Origin: Eledone cirrhosa
Lineage: Eukaryota
Reading direction: 5' to 3'
DNA length: 64,000 nucleotides
NCBI GenBank assembly: GCA_964016885.1
Contig: OZ024756.1
Coordinates: 24,800,001-24,864,000 of the forward strand
Below are positions 38,124-51,961 of the stretch, in pieces. The notes below the pieces were generated by a model, which worked only from the letters and a program-made list of their open reading frames with translations, was not told the origin of the DNA and did not search any database. Each line of letters begins with the position of its first letter. The stretch's first letter is position 1. Made by a program: the position numbers and the translations under genes.

Positions 38124-38177
38124 ACATATGCTGTCGAAACAGCCGGAACTCAGCCGTCAAGGTCCTAACTCTTTTTC

Positions 38178-38209
<32 letters not shown>

Positions 38210-38269
38210 TATATATAATATATATATACGATATTAAACAAATGGAAACTATATTTATAAAACCATATT

Positions 38270-38335
38270 TATTTCATTATACATATTTCAGGGATACCAT
38301 ATTAAAAATATGGCATGCCTTCGTCAGATAAAATA
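38270..38335 (-). ncRNA. Minimal type I hammerhead motif between inverted arms 38226-38263 / 38349-38386
   Basis: TATTTTAT-CTGACGA-AGGcATGCCATATT ttt AATATGGTATcCCT-GAAA-TATGTA-TA-ATGAAATA. Confidence 0.83.
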
Positions 38336-39383
38336 CAATATATAAACAGTTTTATAAATATAGTTTCCATTTGTTTAATATCGTATATCTACTCCAAAAA
38401 CTTGTCGAGTGCTTTATATCAGTTATAAAATATTTACTTGTTGTAACCCAACAATTTAAAATAAAACCTTTGCATATATATATATATATATATATAGGAA
38501 AAGAGATAGAGATAATTCAATATGGGTACTTGGATGGGAATGTCTTCACTTTTATCTGTCGTTGTATTATAATGTGTATATCTAAAAATAGTTTTTTCAA
38601 AGAATCCCTTGGCCAATGAGCTCTACCCATCCCCAAAATGACCACTTTCCCCAACCACCAGAAAACATATAAATACAAATGTTTTATAAGAACAGTTGGC
38701 TTTCCTGCTGATGTTGTTTCAATGAAAAAGTTCTAGTCTTGTAGAAGCCATTTCTATATTAAACAATGTTTACACTCTACTAATGTATTGAGTACCTTAC
38801 TTACTCTGGTTACCCGCAATTGAAGTTGAGACAAGCCCCGGGATTTGTTTGTCTTCTTGTCCTCTGTATTGCAAGCTGCAGTACTGGGGGTTTGGGGCCA
38901 AAGCAATTAAGTTGGAGGTGAAGAACGTGTCACAACATGCGGTGTCCCAATTGAGGGATTTACTGATGCAAAGAGGATAATACTGTGTCTGTTATTGAAA
39001 TATTATTTCTTGTTTGGTGACCCTGTGATAAACAGGGGAAACTCCAGAGTAACAACACTCACTATTTAGCCTTAATAAAATAAATATTAAAACTCTACTT
39101 CGGTATTGAGTACTCTTTTCTCTCAGCTGTCAACTACATACAGATATATATATATATATATATAATACACACACACACATATATATGTATAAAGTATTGC
39201 ACCTAGAAAAATATAAACATCAGCATGAAAGGAGATTAGGAATTTATTTGTTTTAACATATGTTTCGATGACTATTTAATTGTCTACATATGCTGACTAC
39301 AATATATATTGTTCAAACATATGCAATACTTAATTATTTATCACACTTCATATATATATATGCATATGTATGTCTTTCTTCAG

Positions 39384-39512
39384 GATGGTAGAGTTACCGA
39401 AACCAAGACATTTCCTCTAGAAATTGTGGTTGGTGTATCTGTAGCAGTAACTCTCTTACTTGCTGGAGCCATTTTCTTCCTCCTGTGGAAATTTCAAGTC
39501 ATTTCGAAGTAA
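39384..39512 (+). CDS. PKHD1L1: Fibrocystin-L-like last coding exon: transmembrane helix and very short tail
   Basis: cttcag acceptor; IVVGVSVAVTLLLAGAIFFLLW hydrophobic helix, then KFQVISK-TAA; summed exons = 5712 nt = 1903 aa + stop. Confidence 0.87.
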   Translation, partial: DGRVTETKTFPLEIVVGVSVAVTLLLAGAIFFLLWKFQVISK

Positions 39513-39815
39513 AAACTGAAAGGTGAGTACAAATTTCATATCTTGTTCTGTTCACTTTATCTTTAGTCTTCCATCTTCTCTCTAATTCCCAACTCTCTAC
39601 CTCATATTTATCTATCTCCCTCTCTTATTTATATATATATATATTTATAAAAAAAAAATATTTGCTCTACGGTTCTTATATATTTGATATATATTTATCC
39701 TTATCGAGCCCTCTTTGGATTTTAGTCTTCAAATTTTTATTATTACTATATATATATATATATATATATAGTGACGAAACATAAGTCAATTGCATGAACT
39801 CATAATCCTTTATTT

Positions 39816-39871
39816 ACTGCTATATATATTTCGATGATAGCCATTGAATGGCTATGACCTCATCAGGCAGT
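39816..39871 (-). ncRNA. Minimal type I hammerhead ribozyme motif
   Basis: ACTGC-CTGATGA-GGTcATAGCCAT tca ATGGCTATcATC-GAAA-TATATA-TA-GCAGT. Confidence 0.87.
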
Positions 39872-39930
39872 TAGTCAGTTCTTAGATATGCCAGCTCTGT
39901 GTGTATAGTGTTGATGGTATCAGAGCCTTG

Positions 39931-39970
<40 letters not shown>

Positions 39971-40017
39971 CATGTCTCTACCTCCCTTATCTCTCTATCT
40001 CATATCTATCTACCTCT

Positions 40018-40064
<47 letters not shown>

Positions 40065-40222
40065 TCTTTCTTTCTCCCTCATCTCTCTAACTCTCTCTAT
40101 CTTCTATCTACCTCTCTACACCTATATACCTCTTTCTCCTCCACCCATATTAACACACCTAAACCCTTTGCTCTTCAAATCTCCAAAATAATTTATTTAT
40201 TTTTCTATTTTTCTATTTTCAG

Positions 40223-40590
40223 ATTTGGAAAATAATTAATGAACTGTCAATGTCTGATGTTTGATATGTGGTGTTTGATGATTGATGACTAGTGTTTGAT
40301 GTTTGACATTTGATGTCACATGGACTGAAGTCTCATGTTTGATGTCTGATGACTCATGTTTCATGTATATTGTTTGATGATTGATGACTAGTGTTTGATG
40401 TTTGACATTTGATGTCACATGGACTGAAGTCTCATGTTTGATGTCTGATGACTCATGTTTCATGTATAGTGTTTGATGATTGATGACTAGTGTTAGATGT
40501 AACATGGACTAAATCTCATGTATGATGTCTGATGTCTTATGTTTGATGTATAGTGTTTGTTTGATATTTTGTGGTTGGCATTTGGTGTCT
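40223..40590 (+). other. Probable terminal 3'UTR exon (3' end undefined) containing a 99-bp tandem repeat (~2.5 copies from 40272)
   Basis: Strong donor AG|gtgagt at 39522 just after the stop; pyrimidine-rich ttttcag acceptor ending 40222; unit starts at 40272, 40371, 40470. Confidence 0.55.
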
Positions 40591-40644
40591 GATATATATA
40601 TATATATACATACACATACATACATACATACATACATACATACA

Positions 40645-40680
<36 letters not shown>

Positions 40681-40767
40681 CATACATTTATATATATATA
40701 TACATACATTTATATATATATATACATACATTCATATATATATATACATTCATATATATATATATAC

Positions 40768-40856
<89 letters not shown>

Positions 40857-40871
40857 TTTAATATAGATGAA

Positions 40872-40914
40872 ATTCTACAGGACTAGAACTGTTTCATTCT
40901 TGAGAAATCATCAG

Positions 40915-40918
<4 letters not shown>
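40872..40918 (-). ncRNA. Type I hammerhead motif (same family as 11870-11918)
   Basis: ATTC-CTGATGA-tTTC tcaa GAAt-GAAA-CAG ttctagtc CTG-TA-GAAT. Confidence 0.8.
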
Positions 40919-40956
<38 letters not shown>

Positions 40957-40960
<4 letters not shown>

Positions 40961-41003
40961 CTGATGATTTCTCAAGAATGAAACAGTTCTAGTCCTGTAG
41001 AAT
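40957..41003 (+). ncRNA. Type I hammerhead motif, inverted partner of 40872-40918 across a (TA)n spacer
   Basis: ATTC-CTGATGA-tTTC tcaa GAAt-GAAA-CAG ttctagtc CTG-TA-GAAT. Confidence 0.8.
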
Positions 41004-41033
41004 CTCATCTATAGAATCTCATGTATATATACA

Positions 41034-41079
<46 letters not shown>

Positions 41080-41110
41080 TATATATATACACATATATAT
41101 ATATATACAC

Positions 41111-41147
<37 letters not shown>

Positions 41148-41148
41148 C

Positions 41149-41219
<71 letters not shown>

Positions 41220-41292
41220 CATACATATATATATACATATATAAATATATAAATATATATATATATACAGACATATATATATATATACATGC

Positions 41293-41323
<31 letters not shown>

Positions 41324-41602
41324 TATTCTATTCAAATTATTGAAAGGGCAGGGCAATAGATTGGTAGAATTGTTAGTATATCAGATAAAATGTTATCATT
41401 ATTATTGTTATTTACCGAGGTTAACTTTGCCTTTCATCCTTACAGGGTCGATAAAATAAAGTACCAGTAATGCACTGGGGTAATTGCTGGCCTTGTGCCA
41501 AAAGTAGAAACAATTATTATTGTTATTTACAATTATGACATATGTACAAAACATATATAACATATTTCAACCTTTTCTTTTGTAACTGTAATTTTGAAAT
41601 TG

Positions 41603-41638
<36 letters not shown>

Positions 41639-42384
41639 CCACTAAATATCCACTTTATCTATCACAAATAATTCATATGACTACCTGTTCCCCTGTCAGC
41701 TGTTTACCTGTCCACCTGTTCAGTTGCCCATCTCCCCCACCTGTCCAACAATCCAGTGTTCCACCACATAATGAATTGCTACAAATATGCCATCCCACCA
41801 CTCCATCTTTACAAAGTGTCCATTAAATTTCTGACATGTGCACTTTCTGACACCCCTTCCCCCATTAAAAATTGCAAGAAATATTGTAACATACATTACA
41901 TTCCACAACATACAACATTACCATTGTTACAAATGTGATGAGCCCTCACCTCCACCTTCTTCCACCTCTCCCTGAGGACCAGAAATGAGAAACTCATAGA
42001 CTCAGCTTTGTATCTGCTGATATATATATATATATATCATCATCATCATATATATATATATATATATATCAGGAATATATATGTATACATGAATGTATGT
42101 ACAGTATATTTGGCAATATACCGTATGTTTAATTTAAAACATTTTAAAGACCTTGCGCTATCATTTTTAAAGTAGTGACTATGTCACTTACTTCTTTTTT
42201 TTCGGCAAAAGAAGGGAGAGACAGAAGCTGCCGAAAAAAGAAGTAAGTGACATAGTCACTTACTTTAAAATTGATTAGCGCAAGGTCTTTAAAATGTTTT
42301 TCATTAAACATACGGTATATTGCCAAATATACTATACATACATTCATGTATACATCGCTATTTCAGAGCATCAATCCTAATACC

Positions 42385-42419
<35 letters not shown>

Positions 42420-42551
42420 TAGTTAATTCCACAACAATTCCCAAACCATATTCGAGAACACGTGTTTCACTTAAAAAGGTTTCTCAACTCATCTACGGTT
42501 ATAGCAGCGTAAACGGATGTATTTTTTAACTATTATTGGTATATATATATA

Positions 42552-42740
42552 GGGCGGTGGATTGGCAGTATCGGTAGAGGGTCGGACGCCATGCTTTCCA
42601 GCATAGTTACGTCCCTTTACGATCTGAGTTCAAATCCCGCCGAGGTTAACTTTGCCTTTCATCCTTACGGGGTCGATAAAATAAAGTACCAGTAATGCAC
42701 TGGGTAATTGCTGGCCTTGTGCCTAAAGTAGAAACAATTA
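42552..42740 (+). mobile_element. tRNA-derived SINE family 1, full length with TSD (other copies near 3746, 6301, 17389, 17575, 20375, 22997, 41357, 60413-61285)
   Basis: A box TGGCAGTATCGGTAGAG, B box GAGTTCAAATCC, core gcctttcatccttacggggtcgataaaataaagtaccag; flanking duplication attattggtatatatatata. Confidence 0.88.
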
Positions 42741-42742
42741 TT

Positions 42743-42793
<51 letters not shown>

Positions 42794-43518
42794 ATATATA
42801 TGTATAAAAAAATATATATATATAACCAAAATTAGATTAAGGATGTCATGTCTGAGAAACATGCCCCATATGCTCTGTAGAATAAGCTCGAAGATTCTAA
42901 GAGATAGATTCGAGCATTTATAAGCATTCAATTAAAAATTGATTGACATATATATATATATGTATATATATATAGTAGAATAATCGAGAATCGGAAAAAC
43001 ACCTCACGAATTAACGATAAACAATATCCGATATGTGTGGCAGAGGGCTCAATAATTTGGATAAATCAGAGCTATAACCATCGTTAAATTACCAACACAT
43101 AGAGATTATGCCTAAAATCACCCGTACAGCCGAAAAAGAACGACCAGGAAGATTCGGGTCACTCAAAAATAAAATATCAATAAATCAATAAATTAAATGA
43201 ATGTAAAAAACTCACCCGGACCCGCTAGAAGGGTGTTAAATCTAGCTTCTTGGGTTTCTGCAATTCCTTAATCCATTCACTATCAGCCCACATAAAAAAT
43301 ATATAAGACTTCTAGAGAAGGACTGGACGCGGAAGAGCTTTCTCAACGGGATTCCGTCCGATAATAAAGAGGGGACCCTTAGCCAGAAACGCACATGGTA
43401 CTCAGCAAGGGAGATAACCTCTACATTAGCGAAAGATTTCGGTGATGTGCAAATTATGTAAGAATACAAAAAATCACATATCGAATCAGAGTGCTCAACA
43501 GACGTGTTAAAATAAACA

Positions 43519-43560
<42 letters not shown>

Positions 43561-43666
43561 ACATCAAACAGTCACAGGGGATAATTTGGAAAGAGTGTAA
43601 GCACATATAGTTCCATAGATAACAAATTAAAATTTAACAAGAACTTCAAATATAGATCCCTTTCAA

Positions 43667-43855
43667 TAATTGTTTCTACTTTAGGCACAAGGCCAGCAAT
43701 TACCCAGTGCATTACTGGTACTTTATTTTATCGACCCCGTAAGGATGAACGGCAAAGTCAACCTCGGCGGGATTTGAACTCAGATCGTAAAGGGACGTAA
43801 CTATGCTGGAAAACATGGCGTCCGACCCTCTACCGATACTGCCAATCCACTGCCC
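43667..43855 (-). mobile_element. tRNA-derived SINE family 1 with 20-bp TSD (other minus copies near 21066, 33600-33845, 50038)
   Basis: Reverse complement of 42552-42740; tatagatccctttcaataat at 43651 and 43856. Confidence 0.88.
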
Positions 43856-43869
43856 TATAGATCCCTTTC

Positions 43870-44715
43870 AATAATGATATATATATGTGTGTGTGTGTGT
43901 ATAATAATGATATATATATGTGTGTGTGTGTGTATAATAATGATATATATATGTGTGTGTGTGTGTATAATAATGATATATATATGTGTGTGTGTATAAT
44001 AATGATATATATATGTGTGTGTGTGTGTATAATAATGATATATATATATGTATATGTGTGTATAATAATGATATATATATATGTATGTGTGTGTATAATA
44101 ATGATATATATATATGTGTGTGTGTGTATAATAATGATATATATATGTGTGTGTGTGTATAATAATAATATATATATATGTATGTGTGTGTATAATAATG
44201 ATATATATATATGTGTGTGTGTGTATAATAATGATATATATATATGTATGTGTGTGTATAATAATGATATATATATATGTGTGTGTGTGTATAATAATGA
44301 TATATATATGTGTGTGTGTGTATAATAATGATATATATATATGTGTGTGTGTGTATAATAATGATATATATATATATGTGTGTGTGTGTATAATAATGAT
44401 ATATATATATGTATGTGTGTGTATAATAATGATATATATATATGTGTGTGTGTGTATAATAATGATATATATATATGTGTGTGTGTGTGTGTATAATAAT
44501 GATATATATGTATGTGTGTGTATAATAATGATATATATATATGTGTGTGTGTGTATAATAATGATATATATATATGTATGTGTGTGTATAATAATGATAT
44601 ATATATATGTGTGTGTGTGTATAATAATGATATATATATATGTATGTGTGTGTATAATAATGATATATATATATGTGTGTGTGTGTATAATAATGATATA
44701 TATATATGTATGTGT
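43870..44715. repeat. Compound minisatellite ataataatg(at)n(gt)n
   Basis: ~35-41-bp unit starting at the SINE TSD. Confidence 0.9.
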
Positions 44716-44909
44716 GCGTATAAATATATCTTTGCTTTGCTTTGACCCCACTTGGCCATTAATGACCATGGTTTTGCAGCCTGGGCAGTTTGTTTTGTGG
44801 AAGAGCAGCAGTCCCTCTTGCATACCAGTCTCCCCCTCTCCATGCCACTTATGTTGTCCAAGAGAAAGGCACTGACCGATACAGCTTGGCAACAGTGACG
44901 TCGAAACTA

Positions 44910-45052
44910 TGTATGTATGTATATGTATGTATGTATATGTATGAATGTATATATATGTATGTATATGTATGTATGTATATGCATGAATGTATATATATGT
45001 ATGTATGTATATATCTGTATGTATATATATGTATGTATATGTATGTATGTAT

Positions 45053-45100
<48 letters not shown>

Positions 45101-45297
45101 GTTTATGTATGTATATGTATGTATATGTACGTATATATATGTATGTATGTATATATGTATGTATGTATATGTATGAATGTATATATATGTATGTTTGTAT
45201 ATATATGTATATATATATGTATGTATATATATATATGTATGTATATATATATATGTATGTATATATATATGTATGTATGTATATATATATATGTATG

Positions 45298-45362
<65 letters not shown>

Positions 45363-45546
45363 GAATGTATATATATGTATGTATGTATGTATATGTATGT
45401 ATGTATATATATATGTATATATATATATGTATATATATATATGTATGTATATATATATGTATGTATATATATATATGTATGTATATATATGTATATATAT
45501 ATATATATGTATATATATATGTATGAATGTATATATATATGTATGT

Positions 45547-45582
<36 letters not shown>

Positions 45583-45611
45583 GTATGTATATGTATATAT
45601 ATATATGTATG

Positions 45612-45660
<49 letters not shown>

Positions 45661-45706
45661 GTATGTATATATATATGTATGAATGTATATATATATATAT
45701 GTATGT

Positions 45707-45742
<36 letters not shown>

Positions 45743-45747
45743 GTATG

Positions 45748-45780
<33 letters not shown>

Positions 45781-45787
45781 GTATGTG

Positions 45788-45822
<35 letters not shown>

Positions 45823-45921
45823 GTATGTATGTATATGTATGAATGTATATATATGTATATGTATGTATATATATATATGTATGTATGTATATATATATGT
45901 ATGTATATATATATATGTATG

Positions 45922-45954
<33 letters not shown>

Positions 45955-46438
45955 GCATATGTATGTATGCATATGTATGTATGTATATGTATGTATGTAT
46001 ATATATGTATATATATATGGAGGCACATGGCTTAGTGGTTAGAGCATTGGCCTTGCAATCGAAAGGTTGTGAGTTCAATTCTCAGACCGGGTGATGTGTT
46101 GTTTCCTTGAGCAAGACACTTTATTTCACATTGCTCCAGTTTACTCAGCTGTAGAAATGAGATGATAGGGACCCCAGTCCCTATCATTCCACTGCAAAGT
46201 GGTCGTGGAGGTGCCACGAAAAAAAAGCACCCAGCACTCACTGTAAATGAGGTTGGTGTTAGGAGGGCATCCAGCTGTAGAAATCAAGCCAGAATCAGTT
46301 CCCGTCCCGCCCTTGCAAGCAGGGAAAAGCGGACGTAAAATGATGATGATGATGATATACGTGTGAGTGTATATATTTCTATGTACATATATATGTATAC
46401 ATATATATATACATATATATATATGTATACATATATAA

Positions 46439-46480
<42 letters not shown>

Positions 46481-47298
46481 GTATATATATATATATGTAT
46501 TTATATATGTATTTATATATGTATACATATATGTGTATATATATATATATGTATGTATATATATATATGTATCATCATCATCATCATCATCATCATCATC
46601 GTTTAACGTCCATCTTCCATGCTTTCATGGGTCTGTATGTATATATATGTATGTATATATATATGTATGTATATATATATATATATGTAGGTATATATAT
46701 GTAGGTATATATATATATATGTATGTATATATATGTATATATATGTAAGTATATATGTATGTATAATATATATATATATATATGTATATATATGTAAGTA
46801 TATATGTATGTATATATATATATATGTATATATATGTAAGTATATATATATGTATATATATGTATATATATATATGTATATGTATATATATATATACATA
46901 TATATGTATATATATATATGTGTATATAGATATAGATATATATGTATATATAGATGTATATATATATATGTGTATATACATATATGTGCATATATATATA
47001 TGATTATAGGTATATATGTATATGTATGTATATGTATATATGTATGTATATATGTATATATGTATGTATGTATGTATATATGTATGTATGTATCTATATA
47101 TGTATGTATGTATATATGTATGTATATATGTATGTATATATATATGTATGTATATATGTATGTATATATATATGTGTATATACATATATATATTTATATA
47201 TATGTATGTGTGTGTATATATATATACATATATATATATGTATATATATGTATGTATGTGTGTATATATACATATATATATATATTTATATATATATA
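44910..47298. repeat. Long (TA)n/(TATG)n microsatellite field interrupted by a SINE
   Basis: Direct inspection. Confidence 0.9.
46019..46355 (+). mobile_element. tRNA-derived CORE-like SINE family 2 with (GAT)n tail (other copies 11230-11632 -, 20770-21050 +, 30215-30510 -)
   Basis: TGGCTTAGTGGTTAGAGC A box, GAGTTCAATTC B box, CORE-like ccttgagcaagacactttatttcac...ctgtagaaatgag. Confidence 0.82.
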
Positions 47299-47562
47299 GG
47301 TGTTAGGAGGTAAAGGGGACACAAACAAGAGGTGGACACTCTCCCTTCGTCAATAGTTAAGTACGGGTCACAGATGTTTGTGTGCATTATTAACTATACA
47401 TCTATCCGTAGCGCGCCCATAACCTTTTATCTATCAAAAGGCCATGAGGAAGAGAAAGAAAAGAAGAGAGAGGGAAAAAAAGAACAAAAGGGGAAAAAAA
47501 AACTACCGATAGAAGGGGGTAACAGCATTGGTAGGATTTTGCCCAATTTTTTCTTTTTTTTT

Positions 47563-47593
<31 letters not shown>

Positions 47594-48645
47594 CTTTTTT
47601 TTCTTTTTTTCTTTTTTTCTTTTTTTTCTTTTTTTTCTTTTTTTTCTTCTCTCCCTCATGGCCTTTTGATAGATAAAAGGCTATGAACGTGCTATGGATA
47701 GATGTATAGTTAATAATGTGCTGAAACATCCATGACCCATAATTAACTATTAACGAAGGGAGACTGTCCACCACTTGTTTGTCTCCCCTTACCTTCTAAC
47801 ACCCGTTATCAGTAACCAGACATCCCTCCTCTCATCCATATTTATATATATATATATTTTCATACATACATACATACATGTGGAGTGCTATATATACATG
47901 ATTGTGTGTATGTGTGTATGCATATATTTACATATACATATATATTTCTGTGTATTTATATATATTATACAATATTCCGTGTGTTTATTCCATATATATA
48001 GAGTGTGTTTATCCCACATATATTCACCATTAAAGAAACAGTATAATTTACTAAACTGAAAATAAAATATTTTGAAATATATACAATTTAACAAAAAACC
48101 ACTTCACAATCCATATATTTTCTACTATTGTTATAGTTGTTATTGTTATTGTTGAAGAAATTATTATTATTATTGTTATTGTTACTAATACATCTACATA
48201 TAGATACATGTATAATATATATATATATTGGTAAACGGAATAGAAAATGCTGACAAATTGTTCACCAGTTGAAAAATGGTTTAATTAGGAATAAAAGAGT
48301 ATTAGTGATTGTATGGGTTAGTATTCAGTTGTGGTTTTAAGTTTTTAAGTTTTTACCGGTTGCGCATTTCTAAATTCTTTTCAAAAATAATTTTGAGATA
48401 GAGTGTCCGTGTTGTTTGCTCTGATCTGAGCAAACAACACGGACACTCTATCTCAAAATTATTTTTGAAAAGAATTTAGAAATGCGCAACCGGTAAAAAC
48501 TTAAAAACTTAAAACCACAACTGAATACAATCACTAATACTCTTTTATTCCTAATTAAACCATTTGTCAACTGTGAACAATTTGTCAGCATTTTCTATTC
48601 CGTTTACCAATATATAATAACTTGTGTGTTACACCTCTATTCTTT

Positions 48646-48691
<46 letters not shown>

Positions 48692-49068
48692 TATTGCACA
48701 GCTATCTATCTATATATATATATAATATACATATATTCATATATTTATATATATATAATATACATATAATTTATATATATATATATATAATATACATATA
48801 TTCATATATATATATATATACTTACATATATGTACATACATATATATATATATATTTACATACATGTACATACATACATATACATACATATATATACTTA
48901 CATATATGTATATATATACATACATATATATATACATACACACATATACATATATATATACATATATGTACATATATACATACATATATATACATACACA
49001 CATATACTACATATATATATATATACACACATATATGTTTATATATACATACACATATATATATACCT

Positions 49069-49268
49069 NNNNNNNNNNNNNNNNNNNNNNNNNNNNNNNN
49101 NNNNNNNNNNNNNNNNNNNNNNNNNNNNNNNNNNNNNNNNNNNNNNNNNNNNNNNNNNNNNNNNNNNNNNNNNNNNNNNNNNNNNNNNNNNNNNNNNNNN
49201 NNNNNNNNNNNNNNNNNNNNNNNNNNNNNNNNNNNNNNNNNNNNNNNNNNNNNNNNNNNNNNNNNNNN
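49069..49268. other. Assembly gap (200 N)
   Basis: Run of n. Confidence 0.99.
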
Positions 49269-49810
49269 AACCAGCAGGCCTAGACCGCGGAGATAGCAAG
49301 CGCCCCGACGGAATCACCCTCTTCCCATTCGCAGAAGGTAGATCCCCCATCGGGGACGCCACCTGCTGTGACACATTCTCTGCCTCCAACTTAGTCGCTT
49401 CAGTCACAAACCCCAGCATCGGTAAACAAATACAGGGGTTTGTCCGACCGCTTCCTCTCCACACCGGTCGCCGTCGAGACCTCAGGCGTACTTGGACTCC
49501 GTACTGGCGAGCTCCTCCGCAAGATCGGAACGTCGACGGCCCGTCTGAGGAGGGAGCCCCGCGAGGTTGTGTGGCTGTTGCAGTGGGTGTCACTGGCCAT
49601 CGTTCCGGGGAATGCCTTTACCGTCTTGTCCGCGTGGCACAGTATTTCTGCTCTCTTGCCCTAGGCCTAAAACCCAAACACCCTTCCCCTTCATCCCTCC
49701 CCTTCCCGTTCTTTTTCTTCTTTCTTTCTCTCTTTTTTTCTATATTTCCTTATTTTTCTTTCCCTTTGTTTCCCCTTTTTTCGTGTTTTTTCTTACTAAA
49801 TTTTATTTTT
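49269..49810 (+). mobile_element. CRE-clade LINE 3' end (restriction-like endonuclease), frameshifted
   Basis: KRPDGITLFPFAEGR...DATCCDTFS, then PVAVETSGVLG...LLQWVSLAIVPGNA in the next frame; GC-rich. Confidence 0.75.
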
Positions 49811-50888
49811 AAAATAAACATCAATGTGTAACTAAGCAGGGATTTCGAATGACAGTTACATCCCATCTGACGGGATTCTAGGCAGTTTCCGTCACCCTAA
49901 TTTCACTCACAAGGCATGGGTCAACCCAGGCCCTTGGTAAAGACGCTTACTCAAAATGTCATGCAGTGGGATCGAACCCTAGATTTATGATTGCCAATTG
50001 AATTTGCTAACCATCCATCCAAGCCAATGTCAGGAATAATTGTTTCTACTTTAGGCACAAGGCCAGCAATTTGAAGGAGAGGGGAAACTCCCCAGTGTAT
50101 TACTGGTACTTTATTTTATCAACCCCGTAAGGATGAAAGGCAAAGTTAACCTCGGCGGGATTTGAACTCAGATCATAAAGAGCCGTAACTCTATGCTGCA
50201 AAACATGTTGTCCGACGTTTGTCAAGAATAATAGCAATGTTTTTACATCCACTTTACTGTCTCTTCAAACTATCATGTATTTGTTTTCAATTACATATTT
50301 ATCATTTTCCTCACTGTCATCGTCATCATCATTTAACGCCAACTGGCATGGGTTGAACTGGTCATCACAGACCAAGTTAGTGAACAATTGGAGCCACTCC
50401 CCACCCATCGACAGGTCATTAACCACGTCTCGTTTAAAGACGCTCTGGTTTTGCCATGGTTTCTATAGTATAGCTGGTTGCCATTCCTAACAGCAACCAC
50501 TTTACAGAGTGTGGTGGGTGCATTTTATCGTGGTACCAGCACTAGAGGGGTTGTCATACCATTTACACAACTAAAAAATCCTCTAAACCCTTCGTTTGGC
50601 ATGGTTTCTACAGCTGGGTGCCATTCCTAACACCAACTACATAACAGATTCTACTGGGTATATTTATCGCGGTACCAGCACTACAGAGGTTGTAAAGTCC
50701 GTGACACAATTAAAAAGTCCCTAAAAAAAAAAAATCTTTGTCTGAGGACTAGAAAAGATTCCCAGCCCTCGTGTATAAATATTTATAGTTCTGTAATGAG
50801 AATGCCATTGCCTTCATCTATATTATGAGCAAGAATACAAAGAGCCATGTGTATACGTCGGACTCCACTGAATACCTCTCCACACACA

Positions 50889-50951
<63 letters not shown>

Positions 50952-51501
50952 AGCGAAATCTGTCCACGCCTTGAACCCTAGGTGACACCTAAAAGTCAAA
51001 TTCTAGGTCACCATCCTTTCCGGCGTGGACGTCTTCATGCGTGGGCGATCCCTCAAGGTGGGAGACAGAAAGCGACAGGTATATAAAGCCTGTATCATCC
51101 CACGTTTATACACAGAGAGATCGGAGCCGTACGCTATAGTATAGCTATATAAAGATTCCCCGCCTACTACACGATATTCATATTTTGAAATGACACTTTT
51201 TTTTTTTTTTTTTTTTTTTTTTCGCAGCACACAATTACGTGCCGCAGTGCTCATCTCGCGGCGAACCTCATTATATCACGTGACACGCAGTTTTGAAACA
51301 ATTTCCTTGAAACTACCAAAGATCACTTTCCTTGTCCTTTCAGCAATCAGTTTCTCTCGTCTCCTATATATGTTAGCCATGTGAGAAGCATCAAATTAAC
51401 TCAGTAGGTCGCGATGCCTCCAATTAATTACCCTGCTTACTATATATCAATTTCCTCCGTCAGAATTAAAGATATCGAAATTACACCAATTAACTGGGTG
51501 T

Positions 51502-51562
<61 letters not shown>

Positions 51563-51609
51563 TGTATATGTACGCATATATATATACATATATATGCGTA
51601 CATATACAT

Positions 51610-51654
<45 letters not shown>

Positions 51655-51672
51655 CATATATATACACATACA

Positions 51673-51781
<109 letters not shown>

Positions 51782-51902
51782 GCATATATATATACATATA
51801 TATGCGTACATATACATACACACACACATATATATATATACATACATATATATACACATACACACATACATACATACATACATACATACATACATACATA
51901 CA

Positions 51903-51961
<59 letters not shown>

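Noticed and set aside
38698-38750. Copy of the 11870-family hammerhead
   Set aside because: Core and helices II/III are degenerate; a repeat remnant only
46019-46095. tRNA gene
   Set aside because: tRNA-like SINE head continuing into the CORE-like body; same for family 1 heads
43830-47313. Long YI/HT/CV-rich ORFs here and across the window
   Set aside because: Translations of (TA)n, (CA)n and (TATG)n microsatellites
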